Below are positions 1 through 15,749 of a DNA stretch of 62,000 nt, piece by piece. How positions within the stretch are numbered: position 1 is the first letter of the stretch; each line of letters begins with the position of its first letter. This DNA comes from Hyalangium minutum (GTDB taxonomy: Bacteria > Myxococcota > Myxococcia > Myxococcales > Myxococcaceae): positions 82,001 through 144,000 of the forward strand of contig NZ_JMCB01000002.1 of the NCBI RefSeq assembly GCF_000737315.1, in the 5' to 3' direction. The notes beneath the pieces were generated by a model. It made no database searches. It was not told where the DNA came from and saw only the letters and a list, made by a program, of their open reading frames with translations. The translations under genes were made by a program, and so were the position numbers.

Positions 1-5742
<5,742 letters not shown>

Positions 5743-5746
<4 letters not shown>

Positions 5747-6576
5747 GCAGCGTCACCCACAGCGCGGAGCTGGAGTCCCTCGAGGTGGAGCTGCTCCTCG
5801 AGGGCGTCCGGCGCCAGTATGGCTTTGACCTGCGCAACCACTCGCGGCCGCTGCTGTTGCGGCGGCTGCGGCGGCACCTGCGCGAGGAACGGCTGGAGAC
5901 CTTCTCCGGGCTGCAGGGCCGCGTGCTGCACGACCCGGAGGCGATGGAGGGCCTGCTGCGCGCCCTGGCCTGTCCTCCCGACACGCTCTTCTCCGACCCG
6001 TCCTTCTTCCAGGACTTCCGTGCGCGCGTGGTGCCCATGCTGCGCACCTACCCGTCCATCCGCGTGTGGCATGCGGGCTGCTACTCGGGCGAGGACACCT
6101 ACGCGCTGGCCATCCTGCTGATGGAGGAGGGGCTCTGGGGGCGCTGCCGCTTGTATGCCTCGGATGCCAGCGGTGGGCTGCTGTCGGACGCGCGCAACGG
6201 CGTGCTGCGGCTGCCTGGCGAGGAGGACGCGCGCAACTACCGCGAGGCTGGTGGCAAGCGCGCGCTGACGGACTACTACACCCGCGACGGGGACTGGGCG
6301 GTGCTGCACCCCAGCCTGCGCGAGGGCATCTTCTTCACCCAGCACAACCTGGCCACGGACGCCTCCTTCAACGAGTTCCAGGTCATCTTGTGCCGGGATA
6401 CGCTGCTGGCCTACAACCGGGCCCTGGCCAGCCGCGCCCATGAGCGCCTCTACGAGAGCCTCGTGCGGTTCGGCTTCCTGTGCCTGGGCCGCAAGGAGAC
6501 CTTGGCTCGCACGCCTTACGCGGCGGCGTACGAGGAGCTGGAAGGCACGGGCCGCGTGTACCGGAGGACCGCATGA
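5743..6576 (+). CDS. cheR: CheR-type methyltransferase, divergent motifs
   Basis: YGFDLRNHS..., [33 protein letters not shown]; GTGA overlap with the kinase stop. Confidence 0.85.
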
Positions 6577-7115
6577 GCCCCCTGGGGCTGTTGGTGGTCG
6601 GCGCACCGCATGAGGCCTCGGCCGAGGTGGAGGCCCTGCTCGCCTCGCTTCCGTCGAGTCTGCCCGTCCCCGTGGTGCTGGTGGTCCACCGCCGCGCCCA
6701 GGAGCTGCTGGCCGGCTCGCTGGCCCGCCGCTGCCCCCTGCCCGTGCTCGAGCCGGACGACAAGGACGAGCTCGTCGCTGGCCGCGTGTACCTGGCGCCC
6801 TCGGGCTATCACCTGCTGGTGGACCGTGGCTGCGTCTGCCTCTCGCGCGAGCCCGCCGAGCATGGCCAGCGGCCCGCCGTGGATCCGCTCTTCGAGTCCG
6901 CCGCGGATGCCTATGGCCCCGCCGCCGCCGCGCTGCTCTTCAGCGGTCACGACGACGGCTGGGCCGGGCTGGCCACGCTGGGGGCTCGCGGAGGACACGT
7001 GGCCGTCATCGGCGAGGGCGAGCCCGTGGAGGGCGTGGAGCGCGTCCCGCTGAAGGATGTGAAGGTCTGGCTGGCCCGGTTGTCCTACGTGCCTCGAATG
7101 AAGGTGCAACCGTGA
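6573..7115 (+). CDS. cheB: CheB methylesterase-like protein, catalytically degenerate
   Basis: ATG at 6573 overlaps the cheR stop (ATGA); VYLAPSGYHLLV, RPAVDPLFESAADAYG; the GAS motif is replaced by GAP. Confidence 0.8.
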   Translation: MSPLGLLVVGAPHEASAEVEALLASLPSSLPVPVVLVVHRRAQELLAGSLARRCPLPVLEPDDKDELVAGRVYLAPSGYHLLVDRGCVCLSREPAEHGQRPAVDPLFESAADAYGPAAAALLFSGHDDGWAGLATLGARGGHVAVIGEGEPVEGVERVPLKDVKVWLARLSYVPRMKVQP

Positions 7116-8788
7116 GTGTTCCGTTGAAGGACAAGGTCCCCATCCTCATGGTGGACGATCAGCCCGAGGGGTTGATGGCGCTGGAAGCGACGCTCGCTCC
7201 GCTGGGGCAGCAGCTCGTCATCGCCCAGAGCGGCCGCGAGGCGCTGCGCCACCTGCTGCACCAGGACTTCGCCGTGGTGCTGCTGGACGTGGTGATGCCG
7301 GACATGGATGGGTTCGAGACGGCCCAGCTCATCCGCGAGCGCGAGCGCAGCCGCAACACTCCCATCCTCTTCCTCACCGCCTTGTCCCGGGGCGAGGTGC
7401 CCGAGTTCCGCGCCTACGCGGTGGGCGCGGTGGACTACCTGCTCAAGCCCTTCGAGCCGGACATCCTCCGCTCCAAGGTGAACATCTTCGTGGACCTGTT
7501 CCGCAAGACGGAGATGGTGCGCCGCCAGGCGGAGGCTCTGCGCGAGGCCGAGCGGCGCGAGCACGAGCGCGAGCTGGCCGCTGCCCACCAGCGGCTGGAG
7601 GTGGAGCGCTCCCGCTGGCGCGAGGAGCTGCTGCGCAAGGAGATGGAGACGGGCCGCAACCAGCAGCGCTGGCTGGAGGCGGTGCTGGCCGCGCTGCCCA
7701 CGCCTCTGGCGCTCCTGGAGCCAAGCACCGGGCACACCCTCTTCGCCAACCGCGCTGCCCAGGAGCTGGCGGACGGCTGCCTCATCTACCGCGAGGCCCG
7801 GCAGCTTCACCCGGAGGTGTCCTTCATGGACGCCGAGGGCAAGGCGCTGCCCCACGAGGCCCTGCCCACCTCGCGCGCCGCTCGGGGCGAGCGGCTCAAT
7901 GGCGTGCCCGTGGAGTGGCGCCAGGGCGAGCAGCACGGCGCGGCGCTGGCCTTCTCCTCGCGGCTGCCGCAGATGCACGGCCGCCCGGAGACCGTACTGC
8001 TGGCCCTGCTGGACGTGACGGCGCTGCATGTCACCGAGAAGAACCTCCAGCGCGCGGTGCACGTGCGTGATGACTTCCTCTCCCTGGCCAGCCATGAGCT
8101 GCGCACCCCGCTCACCTCGCTCAAGGTCCACATCCAGGGCGCCCTGCGTGCCGCGGCCCGCCGCAACGAGGAGGCGCTCCCCATGGCCCAGTACGTCGCC
8201 AAGCTGGAGACGCTGGACCACAACGTCAGCCGGCTCACGGAGCTGGTGGACAAGCTGCTGGACATCTCCCGCATCAACGCGGGCCGCCTCGACTTCGAGC
8301 TGACGGAAGTGGACCTGGCGGCAGTGGTGCGCGAGGTGGTCTCACGCTTCTCCGAGGAGGTGTCTCGGGCAGGTTGCACGCTCGCGGTGCAGGCCGAGCA
8401 CCGCGTGGTCGGCAAGTGGGACCGGAACCGGGTGGAGCAGGTGGTGACGAACCTGCTCACCAACGCCCTCAAGTATGGCGCCGGCGCGCCCGTGGAGGTC
8501 TCGGTGCGCGAGGAGGCCACCCACGCCGTCCTGGAGATTCGCGATCAGGGGATCGGCATCCAGGAGGAGGATCGCCGCCGCATCTTCGAGCGCTTCGAGC
8601 GGGCCGTTCCCCATGACAACTACAGCGGCTTCGGGCTGGGGTTGTGGATCGTCCAGGAGATCGTCACCGGTCTGGGTGGCTCGGTGGCGGTCGAGAGCTC
8701 TCCGGGCAAGGGTGCCCTCTTCCGAGTACAGCTGCCCTGGACGCGTGAGCCGCAAGCGGGTGAGTGGCGGCGGGCTGCCCAGGCATGA
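7112..8788 (+). CDS. Hybrid sensor kinase REC-PAS-HisKA-HATPase
   Basis: ILMVDDQ...LLDVVMP; H-box [13 protein letters not shown]; NLLTNALKY; DQGIGI; GFGLGLWIV; GTGA overlap with cheB. Confidence 0.92.
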   Translation: MSVPLKDKVPILMVDDQPEGLMALEATLAPLGQQLVIAQSGREALRHLLHQDFAVVLLDVVMPDMDGFETAQLIRERERSRNTPILFLTALSRGEVPEFRAYAVGAVDYLLKPFEPDILRSKVNIFVDLFRKTEMVRRQAEALREAERREHERELAAAHQRLEVERSRWREELLRKEMETGRNQQRWLEAVLAALPTPLALLEPSTGHTLFANRAAQELADGCLIYREARQLHPEVSFMDAEGKALPHEALPTSRAARGERLNGVPVEWRQGEQHGAALAFSSRLPQMHGRPETVLLALLDVTALHVTEKNLQRAVHVRDDFLSLASHELRTPLTSLKVHIQGALRAAARRNEEALPMAQYVAKLETLDHNVSRLTELVDKLLDISRINAGRLDFELTEVDLAAVVREVVSRFSEEVSRAGCTLAVQAEHRVVGKWDRNRVEQVVTNLLTNALKYGAGAPVEVSVREEATHAVLEIRDQGIGIQEEDRRRIFERFERAVPHDNYSGFGLGLWIVQEIVTGLGGSVAVESSPGKGALFRVQLPWTREPQAGEWRRAAQA

Positions 8789-8854
8789 ACACGAGCCCTC
8801 CATAAACTCCAAAGAAAAGGTTGATTTACAAAACATCGTAGGCAAGGTGGGGGG

Positions 8855-9259
8855 GTGAGTGACGCGGTCATCCCCCCGCGGGTTCAGCGGTTCATCTCGA
8901 CGCACATCGACTCCATCGAGAAGCTGGAAGTCTTGTTGTTGTTGCGGGCGCGTGCAGAGCGGGAGTGGACTGCCCGCGACGTGAGCCTGGAGCTGCGCAT
9001 CACCGATGCCTCGGCGGCGGCGCGCCTGCAGGACCTCACCGCGCGCCGGCTCCTGGTGGAGAAGGCGGGCTCTCCCTCCAGCTATCGCTTCCAGCCGGCC
9101 AGCTCCGAGGACGAGCAGGCCGTGGCGGAACTGCAGGAGACCTACAACACGCGGCGGGTGAGCGTCATCTCATTCATCTTCTCAAAGCCCTTGGACAAGG
9201 TGCGGGGCTTCGCGGATGCGTTCCGCCTGAAGCGAGACAAGGACGACGGCCATGGCTGA
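8855..9259 (+). CDS. Conserved small protein with winged-HTH-like pattern
   Basis: 134 aa; EWTARDVSLELRITDASAAARLQDLTARRLL resembles a wHTH recognition helix; overlaps the next gene. Confidence 0.7.
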   Translation: MSDAVIPPRVQRFISTHIDSIEKLEVLLLLRARAEREWTARDVSLELRITDASAAARLQDLTARRLLVEKAGSPSSYRFQPASSEDEQAVAELQETYNTRRVSVISFIFSKPLDKVRGFADAFRLKRDKDDGHG

Positions 9260-9512
9260 GGCGGTCTACATCCTCTGTGCTCTCACGAGCGTGGCGTGCG
9301 CGGTGCTGCTGCTGCGAGGCTACTCCCGCTCGGGCCAGCGCCTGTTGCTGTGGAGCGGGCTGTGCTTCGTGGCGCTGGCCCTCAGCAATGTGCTGCTCTT
9401 CGTAGACCTGGTGCTCATAGGGCCGGAAACGGACTTGAGCCTCTTGCGCATCTCGCTGGCACTGCTGGGGGTGGCCACGCTGCTCTACGGCTTGATCTGG
9501 GACTCGCAATGA
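9252..9512 (+). CDS. Small 3-TM membrane protein (DUF5985-like)
   Basis: 86 aa, three hydrophobic stretches, RLLLWSGLCF pattern; 8-nt overlap with the upstream gene. Confidence 0.75.
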   Translation: MAEAVYILCALTSVACAVLLLRGYSRSGQRLLLWSGLCFVALALSNVLLFVDLVLIGPETDLSLLRISLALLGVATLLYGLIWDSQ

Positions 9513-9796
9513 ACACGTTCCTCACGGTCAAGACGATGATGAGTGGCGGGCTGGTGATGGCCTGTGTGGCGTGTGCCGTCTTCTTCCTGCGCTTCTGGAA
9601 GTCGTCCCGGGACCGGCTCTTCGCCTTCTTCGCCCTCGCCTTCGGGGTCATGGCGCTCAATTGGCTGTCACTGGCGCTGCTCCAGGTAGACGATGAGCGG
9701 CGCCACTACCTCTATGTGGTCCGCCTGGTGTCCTTTCTGCTGATCCTCTACGCCATCTGGGACAAGAACCGGGCCGGCCGCGGCAGCCGCTCCTGA
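9509..9796 (+). CDS. Second small 3-TM membrane protein (DUF5985-like)
   Basis: ATG at 9509 overlaps the previous stop (ATGA); FFLRFWKSSRDRLFAFFALAF ... YVVRLVSFLLILYAIWDKN. Confidence 0.75.
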   Translation: MNTFLTVKTMMSGGLVMACVACAVFFLRFWKSSRDRLFAFFALAFGVMALNWLSLALLQVDDERRHYLYVVRLVSFLLILYAIWDKNRAGRGSRS

Positions 9797-9811
9797 GCCA
9801 GCCCGCAGTGA

Positions 9812-9831
9812 CACGGAGTCAACACTCCGTG
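9812..9831. other. Stem-loop CACGGAGT-CAAC-ACTCCGTG just after the 9509-9796 stop; possible terminator-like or operator element
   Basis: Perfect 8-bp inverted repeat with a 4-nt loop; no U-tract. Confidence 0.35.
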
Positions 9832-9987
9832 CGCCCTGTTCCCCAGACGGGCGTACCTGTCCGCCTGTGAGCGCCGAGGGAAAAGGCGCGGTCGAGCCGA
9901 TTTGTCGGCCTGTACCCCTTGCCGAACTGTGGATCCATCCGCATGTCGTCAGGACACTGTCCACTTGGCGGTGGGGGAAGATCCGAC

Positions 9988-12192
9988 ATGCGGGAAGAAC
10001 TGCCAGTCGCGAGCATCCTCCTGGTGGACGATCACCCGCCCAACCTCGTCGCGTTGGAGGCGGCGCTAGAGCCACTGGGGCAGCGGCTGGTGAAGGTGCG
10101 CTCCGGGACGGAGGCGCTCCAGCGGCTCGCCAGCGAGGACTTCGCCGCGGTGCTGCTGGATGTGCAGATGCCCGAGCTGGACGGGTACCAGACGGCGCGG
10201 CTCATCAAATCCCAGGAGCGCAGCCGCCACGTGCCGCTGCTCTTCCTCACCGCGAGCCAGAGGGACGAGCGGCAGGTGCTGCGGGGCTACGCGCAGGGCG
10301 CGGTGGACTACCTGCTCAAGCCGCTGGATCCGGACGTGCTGCGCGCCAAGGTGGCCGTCTTCGTGAACCTGTACCAGCGCCAGGAGGAGCTGCGCCAGCG
10401 CGAGGCCCGGCTGCGTGAGCACGAGCGGCAGTTGCTGGTGCGCCAGACGGAGGCGCACTCGCGCGCCCTGCTGGAGTCCATGCCCCAAGCGGTGTGGGCC
10501 GCGTGGACGGATGACACCCAGGCCTGGTGCAACCCCGCGTGGATGAAGCTGACGGGGACGCAGCATCCGGTGGCCTCGAGGCAGGACTTTCTGGCGGCCA
10601 TCCACCCGGACGAGCGCGCGGCAGTGGAGGCGGGCTGGCGCGAGGCCCTGCGGACGGGGCTCTCGTGGGAGGCGCAGCACCGGCTGGGAGGCCCGGAGGC
10701 CTGGCGCTGGCACCGGCTGCGCGTGACGCCGCTGCCTTGCGAGGGGCAGCAGCTGCGCGGCTTCCTCTGCACGGCGGCGGACCTCGACGACGAGCGCCGC
10801 AGCCAGGAGGTGGCCCAGCTGCTCTCCCATGCCAGCGTGATGCTCTCCTCCGCGCTGGACTTTCACGCCACGCTGGCTCGCCTGGCGCAGCTCGTGGTGC
10901 CGCGCTTCGCGGACTGGTGCGCGGTGGACGTGGTGGACACCGAGCGGCCCCAGGGCGGGCTCAGCCGCGTGGCGGTGGCCCACATGGAGTCCCACAAGGC
11001 CGAGCGCGTGCTCGAGCTCCACCAGCGCTATCCTCCCGGGGCGGTGAACCTGCCAGGCGTGGCGGCGGTGTTCACCTCCGGGAAGTCCGAGCTGCTGGCG
11101 GAGGTGCCGGACACGCTGCTGCGGCGGCTCTCCGAGGACTCCGAGCACCTGGCGCTGCTGCGCGAGGTGGGCTTCCAATCCTGCATCCACGTGCCCATCC
11201 GCGCCCGGGAGCGGACCTTCGGCGTGCTGACCTTCGCCATCTCCAGCAAGCGCCACCGGTATGACGCAAGAGACCTGGCGCTGGCCGAGGAGCTGGGCCG
11301 GCGCGCGGGTGTGGCCATGGACAACGCGCTGCTGTACCGGGAGGCCCAGCGGGCCCAGCGCGCGGCCCAGGAGGCCAACCGCCTCAAGGACGAGTTCCTT
11401 GCCACGCTCTCGCACGAGCTGCGCACGCCGCTGACGTCCATCCTCGGGTGGACGCAGATCCTCCTCAAGCGCGACGACCTGGACGAGGTGGGCCGCCGCC
11501 GGGGGCTGGCCACCATCGAGCGCAACGCGCGCGTGCAGCGCCAATTGGTGGAGGACTTGCTGGATGTCTCGCGCATCACCAGCGGCAAGCTGCTGCTCAA
11601 CCTGAAGGAAGTGTCGCTGCGCGAGGTAGCGGAGGCCGCCCTGGAGAGCGTGCGTCCGACGGCCGAGGCGCGCGGGGTGGGGCTTCAGGCGGAGCTGGGG
11701 GACATCCACGACACCGTGCTGGCGGATGCCACGCGGCTGCAGCAGGTGCTGTGGAACCTGCTCACCAACGCGTTGAAGTTCACGGATCGCGGCGGGTGTG
11801 TGTGGCTCACGGGCAGCCGTGATGGGGACACGGTGAGGCTCACGGTGCGAGACACGGGCAAGGGCATCTCGCCCGAGCTGCTGCCCCACGTCTTCGAGCG
11901 CTTCCGCCAGGGCGACATCGGCCGGGAGCAGGGAGGTCTGGGCTTGGGGCTCGCCATCGTGCGGCACCTGGTGGAGCTGCACGGGGGCTTCGTGGCCGTG
12001 CAGAGCGAAGGGCCCGGCGCGGGCTCCGTGTTCACCGTCCAGCTGCCCCTGCGCGCCAGCCGCTCCGAACGCCTGCCTGAGCGTGTGGCCGCCGCGGAGC
12101 TTTCGGGACACTCGGAGCCAGAGCGCTCGCACGCCATGTCCGACGAGTTGGTCGCGGCAGTGGCCTCGCTGATGAGCCAGGCCACCCACTGA
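9988..12192 (+). CDS. Hybrid sensor kinase REC-PAS-GAF-HisKA-HATPase
   Basis: Start reassigned to ATG 9988 (MREELPVASILLVDD); GAF-like ADWCAVDVV...IHVPIRAR; H-box [14 protein letters not shown]; NLLTNALKFT; GLGLGLAIV. Confidence 0.92.
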   Translation: MREELPVASILLVDDHPPNLVALEAALEPLGQRLVKVRSGTEALQRLASEDFAAVLLDVQMPELDGYQTARLIKSQERSRHVPLLFLTASQRDERQVLRGYAQGAVDYLLKPLDPDVLRAKVAVFVNLYQRQEELRQREARLREHERQLLVRQTEAHSRALLESMPQAVWAAWTDDTQAWCNPAWMKLTGTQHPVASRQDFLAAIHPDERAAVEAGWREALRTGLSWEAQHRLGGPEAWRWHRLRVTPLPCEGQQLRGFLCTAADLDDERRSQEVAQLLSHASVMLSSALDFHATLARLAQLVVPRFADWCAVDVVDTERPQGGLSRVAVAHMESHKAERVLELHQRYPPGAVNLPGVAAVFTSGKSELLAEVPDTLLRRLSEDSEHLALLREVGFQSCIHVPIRARERTFGVLTFAISSKRHRYDARDLALAEELGRRAGVAMDNALLYREAQRAQRAAQEANRLKDEFLATLSHELRTPLTSILGWTQILLKRDDLDEVGRRRGLATIERNARVQRQLVEDLLDVSRITSGKLLLNLKEVSLREVAEAALESVRPTAEARGVGLQAELGDIHDTVLADATRLQQVLWNLLTNALKFTDRGGCVWLTGSRDGDTVRLTVRDTGKGISPELLPHVFERFRQGDIGREQGGLGLGLAIVRHLVELHGGFVAVQSEGPGAGSVFTVQLPLRASRSERLPERVAAAELSGHSEPERSHAMSDELVAAVASLMSQATH

Positions 12193-12449
12193 GGCTGCCC
12201 TTTCATCGGGTCTGAAAGTTCTTCCGCAGGGCCTGCTGAAGTTCTTACCGAGTGCCACCCTACATATGGATCCGCTGGTGGCAGATCGGCTCCTCGCACT
12301 GTCCGAAATCCGAATGCGATCAACCGCTTGAGAGGGGACTGGCAGCCGTACGGGCCTGGGGCAGGGCAGGCACGGATATCGCATCGCAGTGAATGGTCCG
12401 GCCGGGGGTGGGTGGCCGGGAGTTGTCCCTCTCAAGGTGATCCGAGCCC

Positions 12450-14309
12450 GTGCAAGCGCCTCCGTCTGCCTGCCATTGCGAGAGTCAGCACCGTGAGGCG
12501 GACCACTGCCCCACGCTCGTTCGCTCGGGTGAGGGGCCGGTAGCGCGGCCGCTGCTGGAGCGGGAGGAGAACTTCCTGGGGCAGAAGTTCGGCAGCTTCG
12601 AGGTGGTGCGCGAGCTGGGGCGGGGAGGGATGGGCTCGGTGTGGCTCGCCGAGCACACGCTCATCCGCAAGCGTGTCGCGGTGAAGGTGCTGCATGCGCA
12701 CCTGGCGAAGGATCGGCGGCTGGTGGCGCGGTTCCTCTCCGAGGCACGCACGCTGACGGTGATCCAGCACGAGAACGTGGTGGCGCTGCAGGACCTGGAC
12801 ATGCGGGAAGGGCGCCCCTACCTGGTGATGGAGTACCTGGAGGGGCAGAATCTGGCCGCGTTCGCGGAAGGTCCGCTGGAGCCGGCGCTGGTGGTGGAGC
12901 TGCTCTCCCAGGTGTGCGATGCGCTGGCGGCCGCGCACGCGCACGGCGTGGTGCACCGGGATCTCAAGCCCGCCAATGTCTTCCTCGTGCCCATGGGCAA
13001 CGGGCGCCACCGGGTGAAGCTGCTGGACTTCGGCATTGCCAAGCTCCTGAGCTACCCCGGGGGGATGACGCCCACGCAGGAGGGGATGCTGCTGGGGACG
13101 CCGGAGTTCATGTCGCCGGAGCAGTGCAACGGCGAGACGGTGGATGGGCGCACGGACCTGTACGCGGTGGGGGTGATGGGCTACCTGCTGGGGACGGGAC
13201 GCTTGCCGTTCTCGGGGAGCCCGGCGGAGGTGCTGGTGGGGCACCTGATGAAGGCACCGCGCCTGCCTCACGAGGTGCGGCCGGAGGTTCCGCCGGCGCT
13301 CTCCCAGGTGTTGATGAAGGCGATGGCGAAGCGGCCGGAGGATCGGTTCTCCTCGGCCGCGGAGCTGCGGCAGGCGCTGCAGGCGGTGCTGAAGCCAGAG
13401 CCTGCGAAGGCCTCGATGCTGATGGCGCGGGTGCGGGCCAATGGACGGCCGGCCTTCGAGGAGCTGCGCTGCGAGCGGGTGGGACGGGCGGGGCTCTTCC
13501 TTCAGACGGAGTCGGTGCCGCCTCCGTTGCTGGAGGAGGTGGGGCTGCTGCTGCGGCTGCCAGGGGGGGAGCTGTCCTGCACGGCGCAGGTGGTGCGGCA
13601 CGTGTCCGCGGAGCAGGCGCGTCAGTGGAACATGGCGCCCGGCTTCGGGGTGCAGCTGCGCGACACGGCACCGGGCTTCCTGGAGGCGTTCGAGCGGCTG
13701 CTGGCGGGGGAGCGGCTGTCTCCGCAGACGCCGCCCTTGAGCAGCGCGCGGGAGGATGCGCGGGCGGAGGCGGTGCTTCAGCGCTACCGGGAGCGGCTGC
13801 AGGGAGACCACTACCTGGCGCTGGGCACGACGTGGGAGGCGGACTTCGACACGGTGCGCGGCTGCGCGCGCGCGGCCCGGCAGGCGCTGGAGCCGCTGCT
13901 GAAGCTGCCCTTGTCGCTGGGGCAGCGAGCACAGGTGGAGCGGGTGCTGGAGCGGGTGGCGCAGGCGGCGCACGTGCTGGGCCATCCGGAGCGGCGCACG
14001 GAGTACGACGCGGGGCTGCGCAACCTGGAGGGGCTGCTGCGGTGCCTGAGCGCGGGGCTCACGGTGACGGAGCTGGAGCGGTGCCGCCGCCAGTTCCTGG
14101 CGAAGAACCGGGTGCCCGAGGGACACGCGACGATCCACCTGAAGACGGGGGATGCGTTCGCCGCGCAGGGCAAGCTCACGGAGGCCCTGGTGGCCTACGG
14201 AGCGGCGCTGCGGGCGGATCCGCTGCACCTGGAGGCGCTCAAGCGCTGGCGCTCCCTGCGAGCCCGGCTGCTGACCGCCTCAGGCCCTTCTTCAGCGCTG
14301 GGGCGCTGA
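12450..14309 (+). CDS. Ser/Thr protein kinase with C-terminal PilZ-like, J-like (no HPD) and TPR-like regions
   Basis: GRGGMGSV, VAVK, HRDLKPAN, DFG, GTPEFMSPEQ; AQVVRHV...PGFGVQL (PilZ-like); DHYLALG...VLGHPERRTEYD (J-like). Confidence 0.88.
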   Translation: MQAPPSACHCESQHREADHCPTLVRSGEGPVARPLLEREENFLGQKFGSFEVVRELGRGGMGSVWLAEHTLIRKRVAVKVLHAHLAKDRRLVARFLSEARTLTVIQHENVVALQDLDMREGRPYLVMEYLEGQNLAAFAEGPLEPALVVELLSQVCDALAAAHAHGVVHRDLKPANVFLVPMGNGRHRVKLLDFGIAKLLSYPGGMTPTQEGMLLGTPEFMSPEQCNGETVDGRTDLYAVGVMGYLLGTGRLPFSGSPAEVLVGHLMKAPRLPHEVRPEVPPALSQVLMKAMAKRPEDRFSSAAELRQALQAVLKPEPAKASMLMARVRANGRPAFEELRCERVGRAGLFLQTESVPPPLLEEVGLLLRLPGGELSCTAQVVRHVSAEQARQWNMAPGFGVQLRDTAPGFLEAFERLLAGERLSPQTPPLSSAREDARAEAVLQRYRERLQGDHYLALGTTWEADFDTVRGCARAARQALEPLLKLPLSLGQRAQVERVLERVAQAAHVLGHPERRTEYDAGLRNLEGLLRCLSAGLTVTELERCRRQFLAKNRVPEGHATIHLKTGDAFAAQGKLTEALVAYGAALRADPLHLEALKRWRSLRARLLTASGPSSALGR

Positions 14310-14404
14310 GCAGCCAGCCAAGTCGTGTGTACGCCAGATTCTACCTCTCCACACCTGCGGGACTTGCGTCCAAGGACAGGGTCCTCGTTAATCATCAGAG
14401 ACCC

Positions 14405-15709
14405 ATGTCCTCCAACCCCGACGACAAGCTCCCCCCTCAGGGGCGCCTCACCCGGCTGCGCAAGCTGGCGGGGCTGTCCGCCCAGCTCGGCACCGAGGTC
14501 CTCAAGAGTGGCGCACGCCGCCTCGCCGGCCAGGAGTCGGAGCTGCTCAGCAAGGGAATGGCCGAGAAGCTCGTCGCCACCCTCGGAGACTTGAAGGGCG
14601 CCGCCATGAAGTTCGGCCAGGCCGTCTCCATGGATCCGGACCTCCTCACCCCCGAAGTCCGCAAGGTCCTCGCCCGCCTCCAGAACCAGGCCCCCGCCAT
14701 GGGCTACGACACCGTGGCCCGTGTCATCCGTGAAGAGCTCGGCGCTCCCCCCGAGGCCCTCTTCCGCGAGTTCGATCGCCAGCCCCTCGCTGCGGCCTCC
14801 CTCGGTCAGGTGCACCGCGCCGTCCTCGAAGACGGCCGCCCCGTCGCCGTCAAGGTGCAGTACCCCGGCGTCGGTGACTCGCTCCAGGGCGACCTCGACA
14901 ACCTGGGCATGGTCGTGAAGACCGTCTCCAAGACGTCCAAGATCATGGACGGCACCTCCTACTTCCAGGAGCTGCGCGAGGAGTTCCTCCTCGAGCTGGA
15001 CTACCTCCGCGAGGCCCGCCTCTGCCAAGGCTTTGCCCGCAGCATCTCCCGCCTGCCCGATCTCAAGGTGCCCGACGTCATCCCCGAGCGCACCGCTCAG
15101 CGCGTCCTCACCCTCGAGCTCCTTGAGGGGCAGACGCTCAAGGACTGGGTCGTCACCGCGCCGCCTCCCGAGGAGCGCTTCCGCGTCTCGCGCCAGCTCA
15201 TCCGCGCCATCTACGGGCCCTTCTTCTGCGCTGGTGAGATCCACGCCGATCCCCACCCCGGCAACTTCATGGTCCTGAAGGATGGCCGCCTGGGGCTGAT
15301 GGACTTCGGCTCCATCAAGAGCTTCTCTCCAGGCTTCGTCTCCGCCAACCGGCGCCTGTTCCTCCAGGCTGTGCAGCTGCAGCCCATGGACATCCTCGGA
15401 CTGAGCCGCGAGGTGGGCTTCACCATCGAGCTGCCGGAAGCCGAGGCCGAGGAGCTCATCCATGAGATCCTCCGCATCGCCGGCCGGTCCATGCGCTCCA
15501 GCGCCTACGACTTCACCACCTGCGAGGTCAGCCGCGATCTCAAGCGCCACTTCGCCAAGAACGCCGCGCGCTTCCTGAAGATCCGCCCCCCGCCCGAGGC
15601 CGTCATGTTCTTCCGCTCCACTGGCGGGCTCGCGCAGAACCTGCGGCTCATCGGCGCCCAGGGTGATTTCCGCCGTGTGTACCAGGAAGTAGCCGACCTG
15701 CTGGCCTGA
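14405..15709 (+). CDS. ABC1/UbiB-family atypical kinase
   Basis: Start reassigned to ATG 14405; LKGAAMKFGQ, PLAAASLGQVHRA, VAVKVQYPG, ELDYLREA, HADPHPGN, MDFG. Confidence 0.92.
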   Translation: MSSNPDDKLPPQGRLTRLRKLAGLSAQLGTEVLKSGARRLAGQESELLSKGMAEKLVATLGDLKGAAMKFGQAVSMDPDLLTPEVRKVLARLQNQAPAMGYDTVARVIREELGAPPEALFREFDRQPLAAASLGQVHRAVLEDGRPVAVKVQYPGVGDSLQGDLDNLGMVVKTVSKTSKIMDGTSYFQELREEFLLELDYLREARLCQGFARSISRLPDLKVPDVIPERTAQRVLTLELLEGQTLKDWVVTAPPPEERFRVSRQLIRAIYGPFFCAGEIHADPHPGNFMVLKDGRLGLMDFGSIKSFSPGFVSANRRLFLQAVQLQPMDILGLSREVGFTIELPEAEAEELIHEILRIAGRSMRSSAYDFTTCEVSRDLKRHFAKNAARFLKIRPPPEAVMFFRSTGGLAQNLRLIGAQGDFRRVYQEVADLLA

Positions 15710-15749
15710 GCCTTGCGTTCCTGCTCAGGACTCGTGCAGCACGGGCCTC

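Noticed and set aside
12641-14404. Long upstream extension of the ABC1 ORF (1022-aa ORF) overlapping the Ser/Thr kinase
   Set aside because: Off-frame read of G-rich coding DNA giving Ala/Gly/Arg low-complexity sequence; ABC1 homology starts only at ATG 14405.
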